This document shows, in pieces, positions 39,979-51,298 of a stretch of 64,000 bases of DNA. The position numbers were made by a program, and so were the translations under genes. Each line of letters opens with the position of its first letter. Positions within the stretch are counted from its first letter, which is position 1. Source of the DNA: Obrimoposthia wandeli (lineage: Eukaryota); assembly GCA_977020255.1 (NCBI GenBank), contig CDROCS010005562.1, positions 1 to 64,000 on the forward strand, in the 5' to 3' direction. The notes under the pieces are model-generated. The model worked only from the letters and a program-made list of their open reading frames with translations, searched no databases and was not told the DNA's origin.

Positions 39979-40611
39979 CTATAAAATATCTACTCTACGA
40001 TTCTGTTTACGTCCTGCAGCATCAGAATTATCTTTCAAGGGTTTATCTTCCCCCTCACTGACAAGGCTTAAATTTTCTGCCGCTATTCCCTGTTCAACTA
40101 AATATTGTTTCGTTGTGGTCGCTCGCTGCATACCTAAGCTTCGATTATAGATACTGTTACCAACACTATCAGTGTGGCCAATAAGTTCAATCATATCCGA
40201 GTTCTGTTTTAGACTGTTTACAATTTCATCTAAAATAAGCGTTGACTCTGACGTTAATGAATGACGGTCGAAATCAAAATATACGCGTGCAATCAGCTCT
40301 TTATCCGTTGACGACTTAATTGATAACAACCTCATTGCATCAAGATATTCCATACATTGATTATCAATGCCGACTTTTTCTGCTCGTTTAGCTAAAGCTA
40401 ATCGAAGTTCTTTATTATCAACATCTTGTTCGATTTGTAAATAACCATTACGGTGATGACCAATTGCAGTAACTTGCTCTATTGTCACCGACTGACTGGT
40501 ATTATGGCTTTTTTGCCCACAATATTTCACTAACAATAGATTAAAGTTACTCTCCGCGTTAGCAGTCGTCGCCATAATACATATTAATAATAGCAATATT
40601 TTTTTTATCAT
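39979..40611 (-). CDS. OmpA/Pal-like peptidoglycan-binding protein (tad-associated)
   Basis: VYFDFDR, IGHTDSVG, NRSLGMQRA, QNRRVDI. Confidence 0.9.
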   Translation of the reverse strand: MIKKILLLLICIMATTANAESNFNLLLVKYCGQKSHNTSQSVTIEQVTAIGHHRNGYLQIEQDVDNKELRLALAKRAEKVGIDNQCMEYLDAMRLLSIKSSTDKELIARVYFDFDRHSLTSESTLILDEIVNSLKQNSDMIELIGHTDSVGNSIYNRSLGMQRATTTKQYLVEQGIAAENLSLVSEGEDKPLKDNSDAAGRKQNRRVDIL

Positions 40612-40637
40612 TTTAATGACCCTACTCTCTAATAACA

Positions 40638-42152
40638 CTAATTTAAATTTCGATAATGTAGCTTAGTTATGCCTTCGGTTTGAGTGCCTTTCTTAATCAT
40701 ATCTTTAATTTTAATAATCAAATCATCAACATTATTCACGTCAACTATATTCTCTGCACCAACGCACTGTTTGAAGGCATCTTGCTGAGTCGCGCTAAAC
40801 TTGATACCTAACACCGCCATGTATAACGGTACATCACCGTCTTTAAATTCATCCTTGATTTTTTGACATAAACCTTTACCAACCCCCCCGTGATTAACCA
40901 GATTTTTAAAGGTATTTTCATAAGGGCTTTCAACACCATCACTCAAAATAAGTAACATCTTTATCCTATTCTTGTAGGCTAATTTTTCTTTTTCTGTGAC
41001 ATACTTACTTCTTTCTTGCTGTAATAATTGTGCACCTTGAATAATGCCTTGATACACAGAGGTACCACCAAATGCCTTCATATTCTTAATACTGACCAAA
41101 TCATTAATATTTTCAGTCATCGCTATGGTATTAAAATCAGTATTGCAAGAATACTTACTCCACAGTTTATTCGTATTATAATAATCAGCTTTTGGGTGTA
41201 AGTTAGGGTAACTAATAAATTTATCACTAAATACATCCGTTACCGTTTTGCCTATATCTACATATCTAGTCGGATCAGGGTGTATATATTTATAAGACCA
41301 AGCGATACTATTAATTGTCCTTAGATCTTTACGCGATAATCCATTGCAGTCATTATCTTCAACACAATCTTTAAATTCATCTTTTTTTAACGTTCTCACA
41401 TATGATTTCCAATCTATCTGTTCATACGGTGTGTGCATTGGTGATGTCCAATTTTTATAACGAAGTTGAGTGACACACCATTTTTCCATACTAGCGCCCC
41501 TAACCTTTTTTACCTTACGTTGCGTACGCATGTTAAAGGGCACAAAACCAATTCTATTGGTACCTTTAGCGTCATTTCCATTTAAAATAGTTTTCGAAAT
41601 CTCAAGTACAGTATCTTTCAGTACTTTAATTTTAGTTTTAGACCCATCCCAGCGGTTATTCATGGAAGCTGAAAAATCTGATACAAAAACAATATCTAGA
41701 TATTTATCACCCGCGATCTCAGGATAGTTTCTTGCCACCGCTCTATTAACGATCGACTCGACGGGCGAAAAACTCGGAATCAATAAACTAGAAAACCAAG
41801 ATTTATGTGTCGTTTTCACATCCACTTTATATTGAAAAAATGTTTTTTTGACTTTTCCGACCGTAATTTCGCCTTTTTTAACCGATAGAGACAACACCGG
41901 AGTATTCTTAATTTCTCGAATGTACGATTGGACATATTTAGTAGAAATATCTTTTTCATAATTAGTTTTGTTTTCACGATTCGCCATCGTAATAGCAAGC
42001 GCTGCGGCTTCAGCTGCATCGGCAAGACGGTTTTGTTTTTGAATATAACGCGTGCCCTCTAACGCCAAAAATACAACACCAAACAAAGGTATCAATAAAA
42101 AAACTAAATAGATGGCAGCAGCACCTCGCTGCTTATGCATCGTTGATATCAT
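40638..42152 (-). CDS. tadG: TadG-like pseudopilin with vWA domain
   Basis: QRGAAAI N-terminus, LADAAEAAALA, MIDAS DFSAS, ILSDG. Confidence 0.85.
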   Translation of the reverse strand: MISTMHKQRGAAAIYLVFLLIPLFGVVFLALEGTRYIQKQNRLADAAEAAALAITMANRENKTNYEKDISTKYVQSYIREIKNTPVLSLSVKKGEITVGKVKKTFFQYKVDVKTTHKSWFSSLLIPSFSPVESIVNRAVARNYPEIAGDKYLDIVFVSDFSASMNNRWDGSKTKIKVLKDTVLEISKTILNGNDAKGTNRIGFVPFNMRTQRKVKKVRGASMEKWCVTQLRYKNWTSPMHTPYEQIDWKSYVRTLKKDEFKDCVEDNDCNGLSRKDLRTINSIAWSYKYIHPDPTRYVDIGKTVTDVFSDKFISYPNLHPKADYYNTNKLWSKYSCNTDFNTIAMTENINDLVSIKNMKAFGGTSVYQGIIQGAQLLQQERSKYVTEKEKLAYKNRIKMLLILSDGVESPYENTFKNLVNHGGVGKGLCQKIKDEFKDGDVPLYMAVLGIKFSATQQDAFKQCVGAENIVDVNNVDDLIIKIKDMIKKGTQTEGITKLHYRNLN

Positions 42153-42153
42153 A

Positions 42154-42672
42154 TTAGCGCCCCACTATCACTGATGTCGATTGTAAACGGCTTTGCGTTG
42201 CATTGCCTGTAAATTTACCAAACCAACTATCCACCTGATAGCAGAGTGTTACTTGATATAACGGAAACGATTTACCCGCCAAATTTTTAGGTACAAGCTT
42301 AGCTCGCTTAGCTTGCTTCAACGAGTCAACATCGCTACAAGTTAGCCCTTGATTAACGTTACCAGCAAACGTCTTCACGTCCCCTTTATCTAAAGATTCA
42401 ATCCTCAATCCATAAGGTCGGTTACCCGCTAACAAACGCGATGCCAGTATTTTCATATCATTAAAGTCATGTTGATTTAACACAAAGCGCTTGTCATAAA
42501 ATCGGGTTCTTTCTTTAAGAACATTAACCAACGAATAACTTGTTCGGTCTAACGCCACGCGATTGAAAAGCTTAAATGCAATATCACTCGTAAATAGCAA
42601 TAACGCAGCAATAAAAAATAATACAAAAGACATTTCGATCGCAAACACACCACGTTGCTTCTTCGCCATCAT
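42154..42672 (-). CDS. tadF: TadF pseudopilin
   Basis: QRGVFAIE prepilin motif; SYSLVNVLKERT. Confidence 0.82.
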   Translation of the reverse strand: MMAKKQRGVFAIEMSFVLFFIAALLLFTSDIAFKLFNRVALDRTSYSLVNVLKERTRFYDKRFVLNQHDFNDMKILASRLLAGNRPYGLRIESLDKGDVKTFAGNVNQGLTCSDVDSLKQAKRAKLVPKNLAGKSFPLYQVTLCYQVDSWFGKFTGNATQSRLQSTSVIVGR

Positions 42673-43139
42673 TGAGTCCAACCTTCATGTTCCTGAACCA
42701 TTAAAATGGAGCGTTGAATGGCGCGTTCACTAAACCAAGGCACCTGTAACATTGGTGTGTATTTATACGTTAGTGAGTATTGTGCCAATGGACAGTCTTG
42801 GCAATTATCCTCGTTTTTGTTCGATATTAAATCATTGTAATTTCGATAATAGTTAATGCGAAGGGTATAACGTTTAGTATCCACGATACTTTGCCATATC
42901 TGTCCTTTTTCACGAAACATCTGCTCAAAACGAGTCTGATAATTAACATTATGCCTGTTGCCTTCATAAAGACGACTATCACGCGCAGATTCACGTATTG
43001 ACGACTCAGTTAAATTTATAATGAAGATAAAACGGCACAATTCAAATACTGCAAAAGTACTTAAAAATAACAGTATCGATCCAAGTGCAAACTCGATGGT
43101 AAAGACGCCTTTTTGAGATTTCATCGTTCGCATCATCAC
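42669..43139 (-). CDS. tadE: TadE pseudopilin
   Basis: QKGVFTIEF prepilin motif. Confidence 0.85.
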   Translation of the reverse strand: MMMRTMKSQKGVFTIEFALGSILLFLSTFAVFELCRFIFIINLTESSIRESARDSRLYEGNRHNVNYQTRFEQMFREKGQIWQSIVDTKRYTLRINYYRNYNDLISNKNEDNCQDCPLAQYSLTYKYTPMLQVPWFSERAIQRSILMVQEHEGWTQ

Positions 43140-43144
43140 CCCGA

Positions 43145-43888
43145 TTACAATGCAGAAATAGTGGTTACAAGTTGCGAGAACTCCGCATCACTGTAATCAT
43201 GATTCAAAATCTGGCGGGCATCGTTATAATTTTTCATTTTGATTAATGCAACAGCAAGGTTCATACGTAATCTGTCATTATCTGGCATTTTTTCATAGAT
43301 AGGGATTAACATTGCAATCGCCTGTTTATATTCTTGGCGGGCAATATAAATCACGGCAATATTATTTTTTATTGCGACATCATCAAAGCCTTTTAAACGC
43401 GCCTGGTTAAACTGAGCTAATGCTTTATCAAACTCTTGTAAACTACCGTAGAGCACACCTAAGCTGATATGAATATCCGCATTATGATAACCTTGCTCTT
43501 GCGCTTGCTGAAAAGCATTAAGGGCTAACGTATATTGCTCTGAAGCCATATAAACATTACCCGCAGAATATAAAAACAAATTATCGTCATAACCCATATC
43601 AACAAGATGTTGAGTATAGAAAGATGCAGATTCAATATCGTGAAGTTTAAAATAAGCATTCACCATTTTTGCCATCAGCACTTTGTTATTTGGACTATCC
43701 TGTAACTGTTTTTGGTAATAGTGGCTTAAGCCTTGATAATTATTCGCTGCAATTAAGTCATGCTCTCGACTATCTACAGGTGCCTGAGATGCATAACCTG
43801 ACAGTAATAACATAGTAATAAGAATGATATTTTTCACTGGAGATAAACCCTTTCGTTGCATTAATGACTGGTCTTCAAATGTATACAT
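43145..43888 (-). CDS. tadD: TadD-like TPR protein
   Basis: TPR helices (AIKNNIAVIYI); position in the tad operon. The putative lipobox reads LSGY rather than Cys. Confidence 0.78.
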   Translation of the reverse strand: MYTFEDQSLMQRKGLSPVKNIILITMLLLSGYASQAPVDSREHDLIAANNYQGLSHYYQKQLQDSPNNKVLMAKMVNAYFKLHDIESASFYTQHLVDMGYDDNLFLYSAGNVYMASEQYTLALNAFQQAQEQGYHNADIHISLGVLYGSLQEFDKALAQFNQARLKGFDDVAIKNNIAVIYIARQEYKQAIAMLIPIYEKMPDNDRLRMNLAVALIKMKNYNDARQILNHDYSDAEFSQLVTTISAL

Positions 43889-44748
43889 TAGCCACCAACA
43901 TCCAATGATAGACGCATCATTCCGGGCGCTAAAATCAAGATAACAATAGGAAACATAATTAATAAAATAAGTGGAATACTCATTTTCGCAGATAACTTAC
44001 CAATTTTTTCTTCCAACCCTAATACGTGCATTTTGCGCATATCTTCCGCCAGATCACTCAAGACATTCGAAATTGACGTTCCGTATTGCAAGTTCTGAAT
44101 CAGTGTAAGGGTGAAACTACGGATCTCGTGTGTCGGTAAGCGTTCACTAAGATCGTGCAAAGCCTTTTCTAAGCTTTGCACTCTTGCGCCATCGGATGTT
44201 TTGCGAATGTGATAACAAAGATCTTTATCAAAATCTTCTAATTCATTACTTAAATAGCTTAACGATGATTCGATCGTCATGCTGGTTTGAATACACACAG
44301 CCATCATATCCAGCATATCCAGCATATAAGGTAACTGACGAGACGTTTTAGCGACCACCTGTTTTTTACGTAATGCGAGTATGCCATCCGGAATGAGTAA
44401 AATAGCAATCAAACTTGATGTTGCTAACAGTATTTTACTTTGAGATTCAATATCCGCGAACAAAATCAACAACAAAGCTACAAACAATGAACCAAACTTC
44501 AACGGTAAATAGTACTTAGCTAATTGCGCATTATAAATACCTGCATCAATTAATTTTTTCTTTAGATCAACATGTTGCCCGTGACCTATGCCTGTAATAT
44601 ATCTATTTATTTTAGCCAGAATACCTTGGTCTCGATCACTCAAAAAATGATTAATACTATTTTTCAATAACTGTTTATTAATAACAACAGTAATAAGTAC
44701 CGCAGCGAGTAAACTCACCATCACTAACAACGCGATAATCCCAATCAT
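43888..44748 (-). CDS. tadC: TadC inner-membrane platform protein
   Basis: T2SS-F-like; EEKIGKLSAKMSIPLILLIMFP. Confidence 0.9.
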   Translation of the reverse strand: MIGIIALLVMVSLLAAVLITVVINKQLLKNSINHFLSDRDQGILAKINRYITGIGHGQHVDLKKKLIDAGIYNAQLAKYYLPLKFGSLFVALLLILFADIESQSKILLATSSLIAILLIPDGILALRKKQVVAKTSRQLPYMLDMLDMMAVCIQTSMTIESSLSYLSNELEDFDKDLCYHIRKTSDGARVQSLEKALHDLSERLPTHEIRSFTLTLIQNLQYGTSISNVLSDLAEDMRKMHVLGLEEKIGKLSAKMSIPLILLIMFPIVILILAPGMMRLSLDVGG

Positions 44749-45656
44749 TAACGCACACCTCGTACTAACAACCACACAATAAACAAACCAATAAACTCAC
44801 TGCCCAACACGTAATACAGCACCATGCGACCTTTGGGATCTGTAAGCACAAACTGCACATCATCTGGATTGATATAATTGAGTAAACACATGAAAAGGAC
44901 TGGAATAACAGCAACAATTTTCGCAGACAAACGGGCTTCCGATGTCATCGCCATTTTTTTCTTTTCCAGTGTTCTAGCATCGACCAACACCCGAATTAAT
45001 CTCGCCATCACATGTTTTAATTGACCACCACGCGCCATATTGGCGCGGATGGTCACAATGAAAAATAAAAAAGCCGGATAAGGTACATTTTTACAGGCAC
45101 GTTTAAACACTTGCTCTGGTGATTCACCTAGTTGTAAATGCTCTCCCATATGAAAAAACACTCGACCAATATCGTTATCCAATGTTTTACCCACGTAAGC
45201 AATAGACTGGGTAATACTCTCACCCGCGGTAATCGCACTCATCATCATATTTAGCGCATCAGGAAACGTCATTTCAAATTCTTGACGACGCTTATTCACC
45301 AACCATTGCCAACCAACAAAAAAACCAACAACAGGCGTCAATACTGGCAACCAATAATGATCTAACTGCAATATTTGTTGATTAACATATGTCATCGCAC
45401 TTATTATCACACTAAAATAAAGTATTAATTTTATCCATGCGCCTTTTCCTAATATCGCAAACGAAGGGCTCAATAGCGTTTTTACTCTAAGGAATAAAGA
45501 CGTACTATCTAGATAACCAAGGTTAATGGCCTCGATATTATCATTGTCGTTTAGCGTCACTTGTTTTGCTAAAAAGTGTGATTTCAAGCTGGTTCTCTGA
45601 GTCCAATACATTACTGCAGCGACACAAAATAGGATAAGAGATAGCGCAAATATCAT
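44748..45656 (-). CDS. tadB: TadB inner-membrane platform protein
   Basis: FPDALNMM, GGQLKHVM, MTSEARLSAKIV. Confidence 0.9.
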   Translation of the reverse strand: MIFALSLILFCVAAVMYWTQRTSLKSHFLAKQVTLNDNDNIEAINLGYLDSTSLFLRVKTLLSPSFAILGKGAWIKLILYFSVIISAMTYVNQQILQLDHYWLPVLTPVVGFFVGWQWLVNKRRQEFEMTFPDALNMMMSAITAGESITQSIAYVGKTLDNDIGRVFFHMGEHLQLGESPEQVFKRACKNVPYPAFLFFIVTIRANMARGGQLKHVMARLIRVLVDARTLEKKKMAMTSEARLSAKIVAVIPVLFMCLLNYINPDDVQFVLTDPKGRMVLYYVLGSEFIGLFIVWLLVRGVR

Positions 45657-46927
45657 TACAAACTCCTGAAGGCCGCTTTCAATTCATCCTGCAACCCAAA
45701 AGAACGTGCACGCTGCATTATTATCGAACGTTGCATAATACCTGGAGTCACAAACGATCCTGTTATCGTGTCACTGAACTGAGAATCGTCAGATTTAAAA
45801 CTAAATAATTCATCCATCACAACATTGTCACCCTCAAGCCCAACCACTTCTGAAATGCTGGTAACTTTTCTAGATCCATCATGCAAGCGGTTAACTTGAA
45901 TAATTAAATGGGTGGCACTCACGATAGTACGGCGAATAGCTTCCAAAGGTAGATTTAGATCCGCCATCATCACCATTGATTCAATACGTGATACCGCATC
46001 CCTTGGCGTATTCGCATGCAAAGTAGACATTGAGCCATCATGACCTGTGTTCATCGCTTGTAGCATCTCAAATGCCTCAGAACCACGACACTCACCTAAG
46101 ATAATCCGGTCAGGACGCATTCGTAACGAGTTAATAACGAGCTCACGCTGGGTCACTGCACCGGTATTTTCAATACTATCCGCACGGGTTTCCATACGCA
46201 CGACATGTGGAATTTGTAATTTTAATTCTGCGGCATCTTCAATGGTAATAACACGCTCATCTTCACCGATATAGTGAGATAACGCATTCAATAAGGTCGT
46301 TTTACCAGAACCAGTACCACCCGATATTAAGATATTCAAGCGACAACGTGATGCGATCATTAATACTCGAGCCATTGGCGCCGACATGGCACCAAAATCG
46401 ACCAAGGCTTCCAAATTAATAGATTTATTTTTAAATTTACGGATCGAGATCGAGGTACCATCGAGGGTTATTGGCGGAATAACAATATTGACACGACTAC
46501 CGTCAGCAAGACGAGCATCAACCATTGGTGAGGACTCATCAACTCGTCGTCCAACACGAAATGCGATCCGTTGAGCGATCTCTAATAATTGTGCTTCGTT
46601 AACAAAACTAACATCTGATTTCTTGACTTTACCGCCACGTTCAAAAAAGACCAGGTTTGGACCGTTAACCATAATATCACTGATGCTGTCATCTTCCATT
46701 AATGACTGTAGAGGGCCTAAACCAACTAATTCATCCACTAGGTTTTTAACTAAACCACTGCGAATGACACTCGGGATCGGTCGTGAATAATTATTCGCCA
46801 AAATCTCAATCGCTTTTTTGATTTGAATTTCAAGCTCCAACTTATCCATATTAGACACAGCTTGTGGGTCAAGTACTTCAAATATTCGATTACGGAACTC
46901 GAGATAAAGAGATTTGTTATTATTCAT
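45656..46927 (-). CDS. tadA: TadA/CpaF pilus assembly ATPase
   Basis: GGTGSGKTT, TIEDAAEL, LRMRPDRIILGECRG, MNTGHDGSMSTLHAN. Confidence 0.96.
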   Translation of the reverse strand: MNNNKSLYLEFRNRIFEVLDPQAVSNMDKLELEIQIKKAIEILANNYSRPIPSVIRSGLVKNLVDELVGLGPLQSLMEDDSISDIMVNGPNLVFFERGGKVKKSDVSFVNEAQLLEIAQRIAFRVGRRVDESSPMVDARLADGSRVNIVIPPITLDGTSISIRKFKNKSINLEALVDFGAMSAPMARVLMIASRCRLNILISGGTGSGKTTLLNALSHYIGEDERVITIEDAAELKLQIPHVVRMETRADSIENTGAVTQRELVINSLRMRPDRIILGECRGSEAFEMLQAMNTGHDGSMSTLHANTPRDAVSRIESMVMMADLNLPLEAIRRTIVSATHLIIQVNRLHDGSRKVTSISEVVGLEGDNVVMDELFSFKSDDSQFSDTITGSFVTPGIMQRSIIMQRARSFGLQDELKAAFRSL

Positions 46928-48170
46928 CGTTTGATCCAGTTAATTAAGTGCGCCAATGAAAACTTATTACTGTTACTGTCCAATAATTTACCGTGCAGTA
47001 ATTGGCTAATATCTGCAAAAGCATTTGATAACTGACCATCATGCTTATACAAACGTTTGCCTTGTAACAACATGGTTGCCGCATTTCGATTATAAGGCAG
47101 CACCACATCACAAGGTCGCTCTAAGTGCACTGCGACTTCTTTTGCCGTCAGCGGAAAATAATTGTCTGGGCGGTGGGCATTAAGCATCACAAACAAGCGA
47201 AGCTCCCGCTGTCCTAACTGCTGCTGTAACGTGATAGAGTCAATCATCTGTTTGGCGTTTCTGACCGAGGCCACCGTCGGTTCGACCACGAGCACGGCCA
47301 TATCAACGCGTTTGACTAATAATGGAATATCTAATTTGAAAGCGATTGAAGCAGAATAATCTTCAACAATAAAATTAGCTTGACGGTGCAATACATCAAT
47401 AATGTTATGCGTATAACCAAGCAGGTCAGTCACCGAATTTTCCCCCTCCAAGGCTAATATACGCAGCTTTGCATCTACCGGTAATAGATAATCAGCCGCA
47501 CTGTCTTCGTCTGCGTCATTAAATTGCAGCCCGAGGTTTTCGATGTTCTGCTTCTCAAAGTCTTTCAGTCCCAAAATAATATCAATATTACTGTCATTGT
47601 ATTGATGATCGACCAAGATCGTATCAGCCCCTAAATTGGATAATTTAGATGCTATTTCAGCACTAATTAATGTCGTTCCAATACCACCTTTAGAACCAAT
47701 ACAGCGACTTTTTTGGCTTTTCTGTTTTGACTTACACCAGAAAAACGAGCGATATTACTGTGCATATGTCGCAAGAAATCACTGGTATCTTGTTTATTAA
47801 TCGGCCAGAACAAATAATACAAACCCATCTCTTTTAAACCACGCAGGGTCGTTATCGCGTCTTCCTGACCAATGACAACAATGCCTTTATGATTAGGTAA
47901 TCGGCTCGCAAATGCCTTTGCATCTTCAACAACATTGGCTGATTGATTAAGTTCAAGAATGATGATTTCTTGCAGGTTGTTCATATTAATATCATCAGAG
48001 CCTACATTGCTACGTAAACAATCCGGTTCGGACCAACCTTCAAAACGAAAAACTTCTTGTAATAAGGATTTACATTCACTTGTTTGATAAAATAAACTAC
48101 AGCCTGAAGGTCCTTTTTGGACTTTTTCTTTTTCGGCTGATTTACTCACTGCTTTAGCAAGATCAAACAT
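46924..48170 (-). pseudogene. tadZ: TadZ/CpaE, split by a single-base deletion near 47700 (or a sequencing error)
   Basis: Adding one base at gct gt^att ggt tct restores KKVAVIGSKGGIGTTLI (deviant Walker A) and a 415-aa ORF; 1247+1 nt = 416 codons. Confidence 0.85.
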
Positions 48171-48172
48171 AA

Positions 48173-48658
48173 TTATTCCTTAACCGCGTTAATCAATCGA
48201 CTTGGTGAAACGACTTGTTGCATACGTAATGTATTAACAAAACAGCTATTGTTGCTATGATGATCAACCGTGTAACGCTGACAAGTGGTGGTGATCAAAT
48301 GATATTGCCTTACCTCGAGGACGATGTCCGCGTTTAACGTCGGTATTAACTGCTGCTTAATTTGAGTCGGGATGACACCCGCAACTTTAAGCTGTATTAC
48401 CGCTTGTTTAGCTATGTTTGAGTCGCGTTGTAAACGATAAGAGATCTGCCATTGGGTATCAGCACCGACAGGCAATAAATCACCTATAATCTCTGAGACC
48501 TCTTGCTGCGCAGCGGCTAAGTCATTATTTTTAAATTCAATATTAAAGCGCTGTAATTCTGGATAAATAACAGCGTCCGCCTCTTTAGTTTGCTCAAATT
48601 GATTGGCACAGCCTGTTAATAATAACAATAAAGTAATGCATAATAATTTTTGTATCAT
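48173..48658 (-). CDS. RcpB/CpaD-like pilus lipoprotein
   Basis: Lipobox LTGC; lies between the secretin and tadZ. Confidence 0.72.
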   Translation of the reverse strand: MIQKLLCITLLLLLTGCANQFEQTKEADAVIYPELQRFNIEFKNNDLAAAQQEVSEIIGDLLPVGADTQWQISYRLQRDSNIAKQAVIQLKVAGVIPTQIKQQLIPTLNADIVLEVRQYHLITTTCQRYTVDHHSNNSCFVNTLRMQQVVSPSRLINAVKE

Positions 48659-50010
48659 TGAATAAATCCTCCACGGTTTAACATCTCAATGGTTAACCTA
48701 TTTTGAGTTGGCATTGAGCGAGTATCATTGTTGTCGTAAAGACCAAACAAACGATTTAACGTCGAGGTTTTATTGATGGTAGGAAAGCGTACATGTTGAC
48801 TGGCAATCGGTTTGACAATATTAACGGTCGCGACAATAATCAGTTCGGTTTTTTTGCGCTTGGTATTTGCCTTACGAAATGCTGCGCCCAATATCGGAAT
48901 ATCACCTAACAAAGGTATTTTACTGACCTCTTCAATATCTTCACTGCTCATCAAACCGCCAATCATGAAACTCTCACCATCAGCTAACGTGATTGTCGTT
49001 AAAGCACGACGGGTACTTAACTGCGGAACTTCGATGCCAGCCGCCTTGATAATGCGTTCAACGGCGCTCACTTCTGGGGCAATATTGAGTTTTATTTTTT
49101 GATCATTTTCAACTTTTGCCGACAAACTTAACTTCACACCAAACTCTTTAAAACTAATGTTAGTGGTATTTTGGTTTGTCACTATCACGGGTATTTCACC
49201 GCCAACCAAGAAGCTGGCACTTTCACCCGACATCACCGTTAAATTAGGCTCTGCGAGCACTTCAGCAATACTGTCGTTACCGATGGCACTCACAATCGTC
49301 GTTAAGCTTGCGGCATCAAACTGCTGAAATGCAAATTGTCCTGCCGATTGACCAAGTGAACTCCAGTCAACGCCCAAGGTTTCATTAAATTCTTTAGACA
49401 CTTGAACGACTGATATTTTGACATTAATCTGTTTAACACTGTCAATTTCTAAGCGTTCAATGATGCCTTCCCAGCTGAAGTTACGTTGAAAACTAACCCA
49501 TTGCGTTTCATCAAATTCACTTTCACCATTTTTAATAGTGAGTTTATCGGCCTCGTTATAACGAGTTACTTTGTCACGACCAAGCAATTCGGCAATATGT
49601 CGATAAATACCATCGCGCTGTGATTCGCTATAAACTTTGCCACTAACAACCACTTTATGGCCAATCGACGTCAGTTTTATTTCCAACTCAGGATAATAAA
49701 TGGAGATCTGACGACGAATATCAGCCAGATTAATATCAACATGTATAAGCTGCGATAACAATTGTTGCTGCTCGCGCCCATACACGACGATTTGACTTTG
49801 TCCGACGTTATTACTGAATAAGACCAAGGTGCGTTTATTAATAATTTTATAATCAGCAATATTCGGTTGACTGATAAATACTGTGCTAATGTCTTGTTCA
49901 AAGTCGATATTAACAGCGCTATTTAATGGAATATAACGCTCTGAAGCGATACTTATGCTGGTATATAATGAAAGCACCATCACAAACACATAAACTAATC
50001 GGTGGATCAT
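48655..50010 (-). CDS. rcpA: RcpA/CpaC secretin
   Basis: LAEPNLTVMSGESASFLVGGEIP, FKEFGVKL, IPLLGDIPILGAAF. Confidence 0.93.
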   Translation of the reverse strand: MIHRLVYVFVMVLSLYTSISIASERYIPLNSAVNIDFEQDISTVFISQPNIADYKIINKRTLVLFSNNVGQSQIVVYGREQQQLLSQLIHVDINLADIRRQISIYYPELEIKLTSIGHKVVVSGKVYSESQRDGIYRHIAELLGRDKVTRYNEADKLTIKNGESEFDETQWVSFQRNFSWEGIIERLEIDSVKQINVKISVVQVSKEFNETLGVDWSSLGQSAGQFAFQQFDAASLTTIVSAIGNDSIAEVLAEPNLTVMSGESASFLVGGEIPVIVTNQNTTNISFKEFGVKLSLSAKVENDQKIKLNIAPEVSAVERIIKAAGIEVPQLSTRRALTTITLADGESFMIGGLMSSEDIEEVSKIPLLGDIPILGAAFRKANTKRKKTELIIVATVNIVKPIASQHVRFPTINKTSTLNRLFGLYDNNDTRSMPTQNRLTIEMLNRGGFIQ

Positions 50011-50834
50011 TCTATTGCCCCTGAAAAACTTGAGTTGCCCGCACCACGTAATTCAACAATACCGTTATAATTAGGGACGATATCGCTTACATCTGCATAA
50101 GGTGGTTGATGGTATGTTTGACTACGTACAATTTCTAAATACATTGTCCGCTGTGCCAATGCTAATCTGCCCAAGTCATCTGGTTTCACTTCAATGACAA
50201 TCGTTAATTCACTATTAACGTCGCTGCTCATTTGTGGATTAATGACATCGGTATCATTTACTGACATAACACGAACCTTTGTCAGCAAGAGACTCGCCGT
50301 TACCCCTGCAAATGTTTCAAGTTCATTTGTCGAGTTTGACAAATTAGTTTTTGGTGAGCTAATGGCCATAATATCGATATTATCGCCCGGTTTAATATAA
50401 CCAGAAATGAGATTTTTAGACGAAATTGTCAAAGGATACAAGGTCATGCCATCGATAATCAACAGGTCTAAATAACCAGCTTGATCTTGACGGGTTTGTT
50501 GTTCAATAAAGACCAGTTCACCTGCATTCACTTGAGTGTTCATTAATGTCGAAGGTTCGAAATCGAGGGTGACATCTTGCTTTATTCCAAAGTTTAACGC
50601 ATCGCTCAACAGCACTTGTTCACGCTGGAGCATAGACACGGTTAAATTTTCACCTTTCATTATCGGCTGTTTAGCACGCCAAAAGGTAACATAGACGGCT
50701 TCTTTCTCAGGGCCTGTTGGCTCTGCTGTTTGTGTTTCCACTTTATCCGTGGCTAAAAAAAATATATCAACAACACCATAAATACCGCTTGCGATAGCTA
50801 AAAACGCAACAATAAATATTATTTTTGAATTCAT
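50007..50834 (-). CDS. cpaB: RcpC/CpaB pilus assembly protein
   Basis: SAF-like region, GYIKPGDNIDI, LLLTKVRVMSV, LALAQR. Confidence 0.88.
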   Translation of the reverse strand: MNSKIIFIVAFLAIASGIYGVVDIFFLATDKVETQTAEPTGPEKEAVYVTFWRAKQPIMKGENLTVSMLQREQVLLSDALNFGIKQDVTLDFEPSTLMNTQVNAGELVFIEQQTRQDQAGYLDLLIIDGMTLYPLTISSKNLISGYIKPGDNIDIMAISSPKTNLSNSTNELETFAGVTASLLLTKVRVMSVNDTDVINPQMSSDVNSELTIVIEVKPDDLGRLALAQRTMYLEIVRSQTYHQPPYADVSDIVPNYNGIVELRGAGNSSFSGAIE

Positions 50835-50850
50835 TTATCTGTCTACCACG

Positions 50851-51284
50851 CTAAATTGAGTTGTTAATAATGGTGATATAAAATCCCAATGAAATAGCCA
50901 CACCATAAGGTAAACCACATTCATCTGCTCTTTTTTTCTTTAAAATAAGTCGGTCTTTAATTAAATAAAATGCCGCTAACAGCCCGCCAAAAAATAACGT
51001 CAGTATCAGTGCATCGATTAATTGAGTTGGTAATAATGCTAGGGAAAACGCCGAGGCCAGTTTGCTATCGCCTGCGCCAAATACATGTAATTTAAATAAC
51101 AGTGCAGTAATAAAAAAGACTAAGGCGCAGCTGTAAATCCCCATTGAAATATGATTTTCATTGAACGATATATACAGGGATATAAAAAAATGATGGCACA
51201 AATTTTATTTGATATAGTTCGATAACGACAATCAGAGTAGATAACCAAAATCAACATAAATCCCATTAAAAATAATTCCATCAT
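50851..51284 (-). pseudogene. tadV: TadV/CpaA prepilin peptidase (A24), frameshifted in an A7 tract at 51184-51190 (or a sequencing error)
   Basis: ATG 51284 gives YSDCRYRTISN (first Asp motif); GAGDSKL lies in the other frame. One added T gives 144 aa (434+1 nt). Confidence 0.85.
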
Positions 51285-51298
51285 TTAATATCGCGTTG

